From assembly GCA_039589315.1 (NCBI GenBank), contig JBDHHQ010000027.1, positions 43,067 through 107,066 of the forward strand: DNA of 64,000 bases, read 5' to 3'. The stretch comes from Gemmatimonadota bacterium. Lineage in GTDB: Bacteria > Gemmatimonadota > Gemmatimonadetes > Longimicrobiales > Gaopeijiaceae. Position numbers and translations under genes: made by a program. Below, piece by piece: positions 1-10,298 of this stretch. How positions within the stretch are numbered: position 1 is the first letter of the stretch; each line of letters opens with the position of its first letter. The notes beneath the pieces are model-generated. The model did not search any database and was not told the origin of the DNA. It was given only the letters and a program-made list of their open reading frames with translations.

Positions 1-41
1 CAGAACCGCGCCTGGCAGATGCGAGTCTTCTTAGGCGTCGG

Positions 42-1295
42 ATGACGATGTCGATGGAGCCATTCGTGGGGCTGTGTCCGGCGGAGCGGTCCCGACCGAC
101 TGGCGAGGCGACTCGCGTCGTAGGGTCTCTGATCCTCGCGTTCGCCCTGTCAGGGTCGGAGGCGCGAGCTCAGGACACGGAGCGGCGACCGGACGAAGCG
201 GCTCGGCAGGAGCCGACCGTGGAAGACGTACTCGGCGGAATCGACGTGTATGGTCGCTTCCTGGCACACCTGGCCGCCTACAACGAACAGGCGGAGATGC
301 AAGGCAACGGGTCGCGGTTGGGTGCCAGCGTGTCGATCGGTGACGATATCCACTTCATCGCGGGCATCGAGCTTGGAGTCAGCTTGATTCAGGCGACCCA
401 GTTCAACGCGGGTGCCGCGACGAGCGGAAGCGCCTTCAGCCTCAGGGAGGAATCCGAAGAGACCTTCGGGACCCGGCTGGGTTTCCTGGGCACAGACTTC
501 GGCAGTGCTGGAACGTTGACGCTGGGCAAGCAGCGAGCGGTCCACTACGACATCGCACGGTACACGACCGACCAGTTCAACGTCTTCGGCGGTCAAGGCA
601 GCCAAACGTATACCGCCGGAACCGACGGCGGGACTTTGGGCACGGGTCGCGTCGATTCCGCCCTGCAGTACCGGGTTCAGCTCGACCGCATTCGACTCGG
701 AGGACAGCTGCAGTTTCGTACCGCTTCAGGTGACAACTTCCTGGATGGCTTTGGTCTCGCCGCTACGGTTGACGTCACGGAGGGTCTTTCACTCGGCGGC
801 GCCTACACACGAGCGATCATCGAGGAAGCGCTCATCGAAGAGTCTCCCGGGCTGGACGGGGATGCCGAGTTCGGCATCCTGGGCGCCCGGTACGACTCGG
901 ATTCGTTCGAAGCCGGCGTCGTGGTTTCGACGCAATCGAACGGCGACGTGGCCCGCCTTCCTGATGACGACGAGGACCCCGAAAGTTTTCTGCCGGTCTT
1001 CTTCGGAGCCAGTGGCTTCGAGGTCTTCGGGAAGGTGAAGCCCGGACAGTTCGCACTGCTCGGCGGCTTCGTCTACAACGAGCCAAGAGACCCGCTGGAC
1101 CCGGTGCTGTCCCAGGACTTCGTTACGCGATACGCCATCCTGGGCGGTGAGTACTGGTTCCGCCCCAACACGGCCGTCTACGCCGAATGGCGTCTCGATG
1201 ACAGCGTGAACGTCGATGACACCGAAGGCTTCGACGTCCTCACCGTGGGGTTTCTTTACGGCTTCAGCTTTCGCGGCACAACGAAGGTCTACTGA
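42..1295 (+). CDS. Gram-negative porin (OmpC/OmpU-like beta-barrel)
   Basis: 417-aa ORF; signal-like segment; 'VYGRF..NGSRLG', 'RLGFLG..GTLTLGKQ' and terminal 'VGFLYGF' beta-strand. Exact start uncertain. Confidence 0.8.
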   Translation: MTMSMEPFVGLCPAERSRPTGEATRVVGSLILAFALSGSEARAQDTERRPDEAARQEPTVEDVLGGIDVYGRFLAHLAAYNEQAEMQGNGSRLGASVSIGDDIHFIAGIELGVSLIQATQFNAGAATSGSAFSLREESEETFGTRLGFLGTDFGSAGTLTLGKQRAVHYDIARYTTDQFNVFGGQGSQTYTAGTDGGTLGTGRVDSALQYRVQLDRIRLGGQLQFRTASGDNFLDGFGLAATVDVTEGLSLGGAYTRAIIEEALIEESPGLDGDAEFGILGARYDSDSFEAGVVVSTQSNGDVARLPDDDEDPESFLPVFFGASGFEVFGKVKPGQFALLGGFVYNEPRDPLDPVLSQDFVTRYAILGGEYWFRPNTAVYAEWRLDDSVNVDDTEGFDVLTVGFLYGFSFRGTTKVY

Positions 1296-1343
1296 CACTA
1301 GGCAGCGTCCGCCTTTGCGGGAGATCTGCCTGGAGAGTTGCTC

Positions 1344-3197
1344 ATGAACAGCGTCCACGACTCGGCCAGGATCCGGACGATCACCGACTGGCCCAAGATC
1401 GCCCATCTGTTGCCGATCTTCTGGCCCCTCCTGACGCTGGGCACGGGGATCGATGCTCAGCAGGTCCCCGGCGCCGCCGGCCGCCCGAACGTCGTCATCA
1501 TCCTCGCCGACGACATGGGGTTCGCCGACTTGGGTTCCTTCGGCAGCGAGATCCCTACTCCGAACCTCGACGCCTTGGCGGAAGAGGGCATGCGGTTCAC
1601 GCAGTTCTACACACACGGGAGCTGCTCTCCAACGAGATCCATGTTGCTATCGGGTGTCGACAATCACCTGAACGGGTTGGGGAACATGGACGAGTGGACC
1701 GCGCCGAACCAAATGGGACAGCCGGGCTACGAGGGATATCTCAACCGTGGGGTGGTAACCTTGCCGGAGCTTCTCGCGGAAGCCGGATACCACACCTACA
1801 TGACCGGCAAGTGGCACATGGGGAAGGCGCCGCACCTGATTCCGGCCGCTCGTGGCTTCGAACGGGATTTCAGCCTGCTCGACGGTGCGGGAAGCTACTG
1901 GGACATGACCAACTTCACGGCTTTCACGCCCCGCTCCGTCTTCACCGAGGACGGACGCTATTTGACCCAGCTGCCCGACGACTACTTCGCGACGCGGACC
2001 TACACGGACAAGATGATCGACTTCATCGAGTCTAATCGTGGGGACGGCAAGCCCTTCTTCGCATATCTGGCTCATCAGGCCCCGCACGATCCCTACCACC
2101 TGCCTGCGTCGTGGCGAGAGCGTCACGTGGGTGAGTACGACAGGGGGTGGGACGCAACGCGTGACGCCCGCCTCGAGCGCCAGGTGGAGCTCGGCATTAT
2201 GCCTTCGGGCACCGAGCTCGCCGAGCGCATGTGGTTCGTTCCAGACCCGATCGCGCTCGCCCCCGCTGCGCGGGCGCTCCTGGGCATGAAGATGGAGCTT
2301 TACGCGGGCATGATGGAGAATCTGGATCATCACGTGGGCCGGCTGGTGGACTTCCTGAAGGGAATCGGGCAGTACGAGAACACCGTCTTTCTGGTGTTCG
2401 GCGACAACGGTGCCGAGGGTGCCGACCTATTCGAGATGATCGCCGGCACACCAGGTACGCTCAACTATCTCTTCGCGGCGGCGAACTGGTCCCAGACCCA
2501 TCCTAACGCCTGGGGCGATCCGGGTTCCTACGTCGGCTACGGACCCATGTGGGCCCAGGTCTCGATGACCCCGTTTAGCCAATACAAGGGATGGCTCGCG
2601 GAGGGCGGCATCCGAAACGCGCTGATCGTCAGCGGACCGGTCGTCGGACGACCGCCAGGAAGCATCAACGACGCCGTCATGCACGTCGCCGACATCATGC
2701 CCACCCTCCTGGACGTCGCGGGCACGAGCTACCCGGACTCGCGAGACGGGACCGAGCTGCCTGCTCTCATGGGTCACTCGTGGGTCGGCCTGCTGTCGGG
2801 TGCCGAGGAAGCCATACGGAGCGACGAGGACTATGTGGGATGGGAGCTCTTCGGGAATCGTGCCCTGCGGCAGGGCGACTGGAAGATCCGTTGGCAGTAC
2901 AGGTCGTACGGCACGGAGGATTGGGAGCTCTTCAACCTCAGGAACGACCCCGCGGAGCGCCACGACCTCTCCGAGGAACAGCCGGACAAGGTCCAGGCCA
3001 TGTTGGCCCTTTGGGACGAGTACGTCCTGGCGAACAACGTCGTTCTGCCAACCCGGTCGGTCTACGAGGGGCTGGAGGACCAACTGCCCGAGCGGTTCCC
3101 AGTCGAAGCGGGCTTTCCGCCGCTCCTCTACAAGAGGCAGTTTGTGCCCCCTCCGGAGATGACCGGTCCGCCACGGTCGGGCGGAGAGGGTCGATGA
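1344..3197 (+). CDS. Arylsulfatase (formylglycine-dependent, AtsA-like)
   Basis: 'PNVVIILADDMG', CSPTR..LLSG signature, 'GKWHMG', 'APHDP', 'GDNG'; GGAGAG upstream of ATG 1344. Confidence 0.93.
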   Translation: MNSVHDSARIRTITDWPKIAHLLPIFWPLLTLGTGIDAQQVPGAAGRPNVVIILADDMGFADLGSFGSEIPTPNLDALAEEGMRFTQFYTHGSCSPTRSMLLSGVDNHLNGLGNMDEWTAPNQMGQPGYEGYLNRGVVTLPELLAEAGYHTYMTGKWHMGKAPHLIPAARGFERDFSLLDGAGSYWDMTNFTAFTPRSVFTEDGRYLTQLPDDYFATRTYTDKMIDFIESNRGDGKPFFAYLAHQAPHDPYHLPASWRERHVGEYDRGWDATRDARLERQVELGIMPSGTELAERMWFVPDPIALAPAARALLGMKMELYAGMMENLDHHVGRLVDFLKGIGQYENTVFLVFGDNGAEGADLFEMIAGTPGTLNYLFAAANWSQTHPNAWGDPGSYVGYGPMWAQVSMTPFSQYKGWLAEGGIRNALIVSGPVVGRPPGSINDAVMHVADIMPTLLDVAGTSYPDSRDGTELPALMGHSWVGLLSGAEEAIRSDEDYVGWELFGNRALRQGDWKIRWQYRSYGTEDWELFNLRNDPAERHDLSEEQPDKVQAMLALWDEYVLANNVVLPTRSVYEGLEDQLPERFPVEAGFPPLLYKRQFVPPPEMTGPPRSGGEGR

Positions 3198-4195
3198 GTG
3201 CGGACGTCCGGCTCATGGGAGTTTCGTCTCGCCGGTGGCTGTCTGTTTCACTCGCGGCGCTCTTCGTGACTCTGCTGGCCTCGTCCGTTTCTGCCCAACT
3301 GCCGGCGCGCTTCTACTGGAAGACCCTCGTAGGCACCAACGCAGTCCCGGTCTTGGGCATGTCGCTGAGCGGTAACGCGAGTCCGCTTGATCCGGCGCAC
3401 ACCGTGTTACCGGACGCCTCCGTCAGCGCGACGATGGTGGTTGCCGGATATGGCAAAGTGCTCCCCGTGGTCGGGCGCTCGGGTCTCCTTGCCGTGCTGG
3501 TTCCGATGGGGAGAGTGTCCGGCGACGTGACCCTCGGCGCGCTGGAATCCAACCAGGACGCCAGCGGCTTCGGGGATCCACTCGTGGAGCTCGCTGTGAA
3601 CGTGATCGGCCCCAAGCCGATCCGAAACATCCCCGACTTGCTGCGATACGAACCCGGGTTCTCCCTGGATCTGATCGCCGATGTCGCGATACCACTCGGC
3701 GAGTACGACAACGAACAGCCTCTCAACATTGGTCAGAACCGTTGGTATGGTCGGGTCGGGGCACCCATCGTCTGGCAGCTGGGTGCATGGGTGCCCGGCC
3801 GTCGCACCACTCTGGAGTTCCTCCCCTCACTCTGGCTGTTCGGGAGCAACGACGACTTCGTCGGTCGCGAGCTCGAGACCGATCCCATGTTCCAGGTCGA
3901 GGGCCATGTGACGCGAGATCTCACGAGTGGCCTGTGGGCCGCCTTCGACGCGACCTGGATCACCGGTGGGAAGTCCACGATCGACGGGGTCGAGGGCGAG
4001 GAGCTCAACAACATCGGGGTCGGGTTCACGCTCGGGTACCAAATCAACGAACACCTGCAGCTCACGACGGGCTATCTGGCGACGGTGAACGCCAGTGCCT
4101 CTGACGATCTCCGGTTGGACAACTTTCGGCTCTCGCTCGTATATGGCTGGCACTCGCTGATCGAGGGGATTGAGCGACTCGGAGAAGGGCAGTGA
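3194..4195 (+). CDS. Outer-membrane transporter (phenol MetA-degradation/CoxB-like family)
   Basis: ATGA overlap with sulfatase stop; signal peptide; 'SGFGDP', 'PLGEYD..LNIGQNRW'. Confidence 0.8.
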   Translation: MSADVRLMGVSSRRWLSVSLAALFVTLLASSVSAQLPARFYWKTLVGTNAVPVLGMSLSGNASPLDPAHTVLPDASVSATMVVAGYGKVLPVVGRSGLLAVLVPMGRVSGDVTLGALESNQDASGFGDPLVELAVNVIGPKPIRNIPDLLRYEPGFSLDLIADVAIPLGEYDNEQPLNIGQNRWYGRVGAPIVWQLGAWVPGRRTTLEFLPSLWLFGSNDDFVGRELETDPMFQVEGHVTRDLTSGLWAAFDATWITGGKSTIDGVEGEELNNIGVGFTLGYQINEHLQLTTGYLATVNASASDDLRLDNFRLSLVYGWHSLIEGIERLGEGQ

Positions 4196-4455
4196 TCGCC
4201 CGGGGAGAGGAGACGCTAATCGGTGCCGTAGCGCGGCAGGAGGGTCAAACGATCCTCTCCGGCGCCGAAGCGGGAAGAGGTTGGAGCATGGTCATCTCAG
4301 ACGATCACATGGCTTTGTCCCTGACCATGACGGAGGACGGAACGGGGTTCGTTGTTTTTGGAGCCTGCATTCCGACCGACCAAACGTCGCCGTCGGGGCT
4401 GTCATCCCGAAAGGGTTCATGGCCTGAAGGCGATAGCACGACTCTTGACCTATGA
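4192..4455 (+). CDS. Short hypothetical; probably the C-terminal part of a small secreted protein of sulfatase clusters
   Basis: GTGA overlap; 'GRGWSMVI..FVVFGAC' looks conserved; no signal peptide or N-terminal half. Confidence 0.4.
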   Translation: MIARGEETLIGAVARQEGQTILSGAEAGRGWSMVISDDHMALSLTMTEDGTGFVVFGACIPTDQTSPSGLSSRKGSWPEGDSTTLDL

Positions 4456-4473
4456 CGGGGGGCGTGCTATCCA
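4445..4473 (+). promoter_or_regulatory. Putative higBA promoter/operator
   Basis: TTGACC at 4445, 17-nt spacer, TATCCA; imperfect inverted repeat TATGACG-N5-CGTGCTA in the spacer, just upstream of ATG 4479. Confidence 0.45.
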
Positions 4474-4478
4474 TTTCC

Positions 4479-4763
4479 ATGGAGATCAAGGGCCGTGGGA
4501 CCCGGGACATCTATGAAGGCGCCGACACGAAGACGGCACGCAAGACGCTGCCTCGGGAGCTATGGAGCAACGCTCGTCGCAAGCTGGACCGGTTGTACCA
4601 CGCTAAGAGCCTGAACGATCTCCGGTGGCCCGGCGGGAAGCTGGAGGCCTTGAAAGGAGAACGGAAGGGGCAGCATTCGATCAGGATCAACGACCAATAC
4701 CGGATCTGTTTCGTGTGGACGCGTGAAGGAGCGAAGGAGGTCGAAATGACGGACTACCACTAA
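4479..4763 (+). CDS. higB: HigB/RelE-family toxin
   Basis: 'ARRKLDRL..LNDLRWPG.KLEALKGERKGQHSIRINDQYRICFVW..VEMTDYH'; lies upstream of the antitoxin. Confidence 0.92.
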   Translation: MEIKGRGTRDIYEGADTKTARKTLPRELWSNARRKLDRLYHAKSLNDLRWPGGKLEALKGERKGQHSIRINDQYRICFVWTREGAKEVEMTDYH

Positions 4764-4822
4764 TCGAACGGGACATGGAGGAACACACCTAGGGACCCCA
4801 ACCTAGGACAAGGGAGCAAGCG

Positions 4823-5143
4823 ATGAAGACGACCGAAGCCGGTCTACCCCAGCACCGTCCACCCACTCATCCGGGTGAGATGCTACTCGAGGAGTTCTTG
4901 AAGCCAGCAGGAATCAGCCAGTCCGAGCTCGCGCGAGAGATCGGAGTGTCGTTCCAGCGGGTAAACGCGCTATGCAACCAGCGTCGCGAGATGACGCCCG
5001 ACACGGCGCTTCGTTTGGCGAAGGTGTTCGGCACGTCGCCGGAGTTCTGGATGGGCCTACAGGCGAGCTGGGACCTATGGCACGCGATGCGCGCACCGGA
5101 AGCGAAGGACCATGAACGAATTAGGCAGCTACGGCCAGCCTGA
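4823..5143 (+). CDS. higA: HigA antitoxin (XRE HTH)
   Basis: 'PTHPGEMLLEEFLKP..SQSELA..TPDTALRLAKVFGTSPEFWMGLQ'. Confidence 0.93.
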   Translation: MKTTEAGLPQHRPPTHPGEMLLEEFLKPAGISQSELAREIGVSFQRVNALCNQRREMTPDTALRLAKVFGTSPEFWMGLQASWDLWHAMRAPEAKDHERIRQLRPA

Positions 5144-5188
5144 ACGGGAGCGTTCAATGGCTACGCAGGTTCATCATGTCGTTTGCTG

Positions 5189-5288
5189 TTGCCAACGTTT
5201 TGCCAACGCTCCGTGAGAACAGACGCAACCAGACGCAATAAGCCTGAGGGAACTTGAAACCGGCGGGCGCAAGCCCACGTGGGTTCGA
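5189..5288 (+). repeat. att-like site A: arm repeats + 3' part of tRNA-Ser(TGA)
   Basis: TTGCCAACG x2, CAGACGCAA x2, CCTGAGGGAA, then CTTGAAA-CCGGC-GGGCGCAAGCCC-AC-GTGGGTTCGA. Confidence 0.7.
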
Positions 5289-5519
5289 GCCGAGCGGCCG
5301 GGTAGGTATCGGATGCGGGAATGGGCGCCGGATCCCGAACCCCCGGAGCCGTGCATTGGGGCGAATGGGGGAAGGGCAGATTGGCCGGGGACGCTGCTCA
5401 GTCGTGCAGGGACTGCTCGGACACGGGGCCCCGCGGGAAGTGTGGTCCCGGGATCGGGTCGATCTCCGAGTGAATGGACCTGGCCCTGGCCTCGCGCTCG
5501 GACGTGCCGAGCAGGCGCG

Positions 5520-7874
5520 TCAGTTGATGCGCTGACGAAGCTCGATCGCTTTACTGCGCGCCGCCTCGACGCCCGGCTGGAACTCCGGATCGGCGTCCTT
5601 CCACAGCTCGGCAAAACGCTCGTACCAGCCGGCGGAGCCCTCGAGATTCCCGAGCTGCTCGTTGATCTCGGCGAGTCGGAGGAGGGCCGGCGGAAACCGG
5701 TAGCCGTCGCCCCGCAGCCGATCAATCTCGGTGCGGGTCACGTATTCCTCGTACTCCCGGGCGGCGGACTCGAGGTCACCCTGTGCCTCGTACAGCTGGC
5801 CGAGGGCGTATCGCACCCGCATCCGGCACAGGCCCGAACAGTCCAGCTTGAGAGGCCGAAGCTCGTCGATTCCCCTTTCGGTGTCTCCCCCCGTGGCAGC
5901 CAGCAAGGCAGCGACCTCCCTGGGGTCCTCCTGCTCGAGGCCGCCCCAGTATTGCTCCGGGACCTCTTCCAGAAACTCCGCGTAGAGGGAGTCCGCCATG
6001 TCCGGCAGCCCGAGGTCCAAGAGGGCACGGGCCATGAACAGGTAGGAGCGGTCGAGTGGGTCCATCTCGTGGAGGGGGAACTCCTCCATGGCCTGCGCGA
6101 GGTGGGCGTGGGCACGCGCCGTGTCCTGGTAATACGTGGCGATCGAAATGGCCCTTATGGCTTCGCCGTTCAGGGCCCAGCGATCCAGACCCACGGCTTC
6201 GCTGGAGCGAACGAACTCGCGTCCGAAGACGTCCGCATCGGTGAGTCGTCCGTTGATCATGCCGATGATCCAATGCCCCGCGTTGCCGTAGAAGCGGGCC
6301 AACGGATTGCGGGGGAATTCCTCGACGAGGACCTCGAACAGGGAGTCCGCAGCTTCGTACGCGCCGGCAGCGAATGCCACCCAGCCCGGATACATCCAGG
6401 CCGAGTACGACTCCGGAAAGACCCCCTTCCACTCGGCCAACGTGGCCTCGACCTCCTCTCGCTTCTCCAGCAGGAAGAGCGTACCAGCCAGATTGCTGTA
6501 GTTGGTGCTGCTCGCGTCCGTCTCGATCGCCAGCCGGTACGCCCGCTCGGCATCGGCGTACTTGCCCGAACGGTTGTAGACGTTGCCCAGATTGTTGAGC
6601 GCCACGTGGTTGGTGGGATCGAGCTCCAATACGTTCTCGTAGCCGCGCGAGGCCGCGTCCAGATCTCCCACCACGAGATGGAAGTACGTGGCGTCCGCTA
6701 CGAAGCGCTCTACAGGCGGTAGGCGGTCACGCAGCTCGTACGCGCGTGTGTAGGCCTCGACCTGCTCGCTACGGCTTCCAAAGGTGTTGCCGAGCTGGAC
6801 GCCCAGCTTCCGATGGGCCATGGCAAAATCCGGGTCGACGCGCGTCGCCTCCCGGTACAGGTCCACCGCACGGATGGCGTCCCCGCGTCGCTCCACGTCG
6901 TATGCCTGTGTGTACAGGCGCAGCGCCTCGAGTGACGAGGTCGTGACCTGGCTCAGCGGCGGGTCGGCGGCGATCGACCCGAGGGGCTCTCCAGCCTTGT
7001 CACGGATGGCGCGCCCAAGCCGGTCGATGGCCTCCACAAGGCGGGTCGTGTCGGGCACGGTCTCGCGGAACGACGCCAGCACTTGGCCCGTCGACGCGTC
7101 GACCAGTCGAGCAGTCATGACGGACCGTCCGCCCAGCGGAGCCACGTCCCCGGTGAGCACAGCCTTCAATCCCTCCCGGACCGCCAGCTCGGTGGCGAGC
7201 TCTTCGTCGAGACCACCCGAAGGGTCTCGCTCCATGCGCTCGAGCGCGCTTCTCAGTGGTGTCGGCTGCATCAACCGGATCATGGGTGACCGGTCCAGGC
7301 TCAACCGCAGCGCCTCGGTGACGAGCTCGGAGGGCACACTCGGCTGGCTGCTCGCGAAGTCGGCGAGGACGACGAGCTCGCCCTCCTCGAACACACCCTG
7401 TGCGACGAGCGTCCCCGGATCCCCGATTCCCAGGGCGCGCATGCTCAGGTAACTGGTCCCGATCACCCCAAGGAGAGCGAAGGCGAGCACGCCGCCCAGC
7501 ATGGCGCGGTTCCACGTGAGGAGCCGTGCGAGTCGCTCGTAGGAAGGGTGGCCTTCGAAGCTCGCGAACGCCCTCGGGGAGGACTCTATCGCGGGCGCTG
7601 TTTCCTCCTCGGGGACTTCGGGTTCGCCATCGTCGAGCGGTTCGGCTGCGGCAGCCCCCGGCCCCTCCTGAACGAACGCCGTGGCAACTACCAGCGGGAG
7701 GCCGAGCAGCAGCACGAGCATGGCTCCGGTGAACGTCCAATCGGGCAGCAGACCGCGCTCGATGAACGTGTCGATGACCTCGAGGACCGCCCAGCCGGCG
7801 CCGAGGAAGATCAACGTGACCTGCCAGATCGAGCGTCGGTGGAACTCTTGGATGATGGCTCGAATCTGATTCAT
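5520..7874 (-). CDS. Membrane-anchored TPR protein with TolB-N-like domain
   Basis: 784 aa; 'EFHRRSIWQV' + 3 TM segments; 'VTTSSLEALRLY'; TPRs; C-terminal 'LWKDADPEFQ'. Confidence 0.8.
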   Translation of the reverse strand: MNQIRAIIQEFHRRSIWQVTLIFLGAGWAVLEVIDTFIERGLLPDWTFTGAMLVLLLGLPLVVATAFVQEGPGAAAAEPLDDGEPEVPEEETAPAIESSPRAFASFEGHPSYERLARLLTWNRAMLGGVLAFALLGVIGTSYLSMRALGIGDPGTLVAQGVFEEGELVVLADFASSQPSVPSELVTEALRLSLDRSPMIRLMQPTPLRSALERMERDPSGGLDEELATELAVREGLKAVLTGDVAPLGGRSVMTARLVDASTGQVLASFRETVPDTTRLVEAIDRLGRAIRDKAGEPLGSIAADPPLSQVTTSSLEALRLYTQAYDVERRGDAIRAVDLYREATRVDPDFAMAHRKLGVQLGNTFGSRSEQVEAYTRAYELRDRLPPVERFVADATYFHLVVGDLDAASRGYENVLELDPTNHVALNNLGNVYNRSGKYADAERAYRLAIETDASSTNYSNLAGTLFLLEKREEVEATLAEWKGVFPESYSAWMYPGWVAFAAGAYEAADSLFEVLVEEFPRNPLARFYGNAGHWIIGMINGRLTDADVFGREFVRSSEAVGLDRWALNGEAIRAISIATYYQDTARAHAHLAQAMEEFPLHEMDPLDRSYLFMARALLDLGLPDMADSLYAEFLEEVPEQYWGGLEQEDPREVAALLAATGGDTERGIDELRPLKLDCSGLCRMRVRYALGQLYEAQGDLESAAREYEEYVTRTEIDRLRGDGYRFPPALLRLAEINEQLGNLEGSAGWYERFAELWKDADPEFQPGVEAARSKAIELRQRIN

Positions 7875-8224
7875 GCAGCGCGGAACGCGTGGGGGAGAAA
7901 GCTATCCGGGCATGGGCGCCGTGGGGATGACGGGTCACCTTGAATGTCCGACCCCGACCGCGCCGCGTCAACGGATTCGTCACGGAGGCACGACGATTTC
8001 GTCGCGTAACGGGCCACCGGTGCGGGACGGAGCTTCCCTCTTCGGGTCCGCTCGAACTGAGGCGGCTCGACCACCAGCTTTCCGCGACACTTCAGGTGGC
8101 GGAGCAGGCCGTTCGCCTGCGCGGTCGGGTCGACCGCCGAGGGAATGTTGCGAGGGGGCGGTCTCCCTCCCGAGTTTGACTCCCGTATCGGAGTTCCCCG
8201 CGCCCTCCCGATCAGGAGCCAGCG

Positions 8225-8668
8225 ATGACCGAAGCCACCGCAGCACCCGTACCCAGGCCCAGACACCTGCTGGTGATCGGAATCCTCGCCGTGCTCTGGG
8301 ACAGCATGGGGGCCTTCGACTACGTCATGACCCAGACGCGGAACGAGGCGTACATGAGCAACTTCACCCCTGAGCAGCTCGAGTTCTTCTACAACTTCCC
8401 GAGCTGGCTGGTGTTCTTCTGGGCCATCGCCGTCTGGGGTGGTCTGGCCGGTGCAGTGCTGCTGCTCATGAGAAAGCGGCTGGCCGTGCCAGTTCTGCTC
8501 ACGTCGTTCGTGTGCATGGTCGTGACGGCCATCCACAACTTCTTCATCGCCAACGGGCTGGAGATCATGGGCACGGGAGGCGCGATCTTCTCGGCAGCCA
8601 TCTTCCTGATCGCACTGGGGTTGTGGTTGTATGCCCGGGCCATGGCGGAGAAGGGGGTGCTGGTCTAG
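8225..8668 (+). CDS. Hypothetical 4-TM membrane protein
   Basis: 147 aa, AGGAG RBS, hydrophobic helices, 'GAFDY..WAIAVWGG'. Confidence 0.75.
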   Translation: MTEATAAPVPRPRHLLVIGILAVLWDSMGAFDYVMTQTRNEAYMSNFTPEQLEFFYNFPSWLVFFWAIAVWGGLAGAVLLLMRKRLAVPVLLTSFVCMVVTAIHNFFIANGLEIMGTGGAIFSAAIFLIALGLWLYARAMAEKGVLV

Positions 8669-8718
8669 CCGACAGCAGGATGCCGCCTGGGTCGCCTGAC
8701 AACAGCGCCAACCTGCGG

Positions 8719-10101
8719 CTACCGCTCCACGATCGCCACTCCGTAGGGATCGTTGCCGACGCCGGTGACGGTGGCGACCACGCTGCGTGACCGAAGGTCG
8801 ATCACGTACAGGTAGCCGATCTCCTGCGAGAGGGGCCTGGCAGAGGGTCCGCCGCTGATCACCGCGTACCTCCCGTCGGGCGTGACCGCCGAGCCCTTCG
8901 GGCGCGCGGTCCGTCCATCCGCCCGGACGAGCGGAATGCGCGCGAGCTCCGCGTCGGGCTCACCGGCGAGCGCCGCCTCGAGGTCTACGATCGAGACGTT
9001 GTTCGCGCGCACGTTCGGAACGATCACGTGCCGTCCGTCGGGCGTGACGGTGGCGATCAGCGGATGGGTCTGCTCGGCCGGATCGTCGGTGCCGACGAGG
9101 ACGCGGGCGACCTCGGCGGCATCGGCACCGGCGGCCGCCCGGTCGACATCGATGACCGAGAGCGTGTTTCCGGCCGACCCGTCCCGCTGGCTTCCCCCGT
9201 TGCTCACGATGATGTGGCGCCCGTCGGGCGTGGCCGTGATTCCCCACGGGCCGAGCTGGGTCGGGACGCGAGCGATCTCCGCGCTGGGATCGCCTCGCAG
9301 CGCACGGGCGACGTCGATGACCGATACGTCATTCGTTCCGCCGTTGGCGGAGAAGAGATAGGGGTTACCGCTCCCGTCACGACCCAGCGCCAGCCCGTTC
9401 GGGTCCGGGAAGCAGCCCCAGCCGGGATCCGGGGAGAGTACCGACAGATCCCGGGGTGGCCCGTACGGCGGGACGTACGGTACAGGGTAGTCGGGACAGT
9501 CGAAGCCGGGGGAGCCGAGGGCCAGCTCCACGGTGGCGCGCAGGCTGCCGGTCCGTCGGTCGACGAAGGTGATGCGATTGCCGCCGTCTTCGGTCAGGTG
9601 GTTCTCGGCGTTGGCGATGGCGAGCAGCTCGGGCAGGAGCACGATGCCGAGGGCTCCGAAGCCCCCTGAATCCAAATGGCGCCGAAGCGCGTTGGCGGTC
9701 CGGTCATTCCGCGGATCGAGCAGGTCGCCCATGTCGAGGACCGCGATCGCGCCGCGGCCGCCGTGCTGACCGAACTCCGCGTTGTCGATGGCGCCATGGT
9801 GATTCACCACGTAGACCGTGCGGCCGTCCTCGCTCACGACCAGGTTGGCCGGGTCGCCCAGCAGCTGCCCGTCCATCCGGTCCAGCGCCACCTTGCTGCG
9901 GCCGACGATCGCGTTCGGCGTGTGGTCGTTGGCCGGATCGAGCGCGGCCTCGAACGAGATGGCGTACAGGTAGGGGAGTCGCCGCCCCGCCACGAGGACG
10001 TGACGACTCTGGCCCACCGCCTCCTGTGCCGAGAAGGCCGCCGAGAGCACGGCCGCCGCGGCGAGCGTCAGACGTCCGAGCCACGACTGCGGGGAAGCCA
10101 T
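8719..10101 (-). CDS. Secreted YncE/YVTN beta-propeller protein
   Basis: Signal peptide; repeated 'TPDGR..V.N..VSVID'; AAGGAG RBS. Confidence 0.8.
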   Translation of the reverse strand: MASPQSWLGRLTLAAAAVLSAAFSAQEAVGQSRHVLVAGRRLPYLYAISFEAALDPANDHTPNAIVGRSKVALDRMDGQLLGDPANLVVSEDGRTVYVVNHHGAIDNAEFGQHGGRGAIAVLDMGDLLDPRNDRTANALRRHLDSGGFGALGIVLLPELLAIANAENHLTEDGGNRITFVDRRTGSLRATVELALGSPGFDCPDYPVPYVPPYGPPRDLSVLSPDPGWGCFPDPNGLALGRDGSGNPYLFSANGGTNDVSVIDVARALRGDPSAEIARVPTQLGPWGITATPDGRHIIVSNGGSQRDGSAGNTLSVIDVDRAAAGADAAEVARVLVGTDDPAEQTHPLIATVTPDGRHVIVPNVRANNVSIVDLEAALAGEPDAELARIPLVRADGRTARPKGSAVTPDGRYAVISGGPSARPLSQEIGYLYVIDLRSRSVVATVTGVGNDPYGVAIVER

Positions 10102-10180
10102 CGGATCACTCCTTCGAGGGGATGGGCGCTAGGGCAAGTCAGAGCGGACTCAGGTGGTGTAGCCGATCCGGTGCCCGGAA

Positions 10181-10247
10181 GCCAGATACAACCAAACGCA
10201 ACCAAACGCAGAAGACCTGTGGAAACTCCAAGACCGGCGTCCGAAAG
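10181..10247 (+). repeat. att-like site B (decayed tRNA part)
   Basis: GCCAGATACA-ACCAAACGCA x2-GAAGACCTGTGGAAA-CTCCAAG-ACCGGCGTCCGAAAG; aligns with site C. Confidence 0.65.
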
Positions 10248-10298
10248 CCGACGGTACCCACCCCGCGTTGCTCGGCCCGTTGACCAACGACGCAGTCC

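Noticed and set aside
2591..3193. Long N-terminal ORF extensions (also 25557, 37134, 44271, 52332, 58908)
   Set aside because: They overlap other genes or debris; downstream starts have an RBS, translational coupling or a signal peptide.
5313..6722. Long alternative-frame or antisense ORFs (also 11473-13008, 14984-16450, 25622-27283, 34301-35695, 37347-38939)
   Set aside because: Shadow ORFs of real genes in high-GC DNA with no recognisable motifs.
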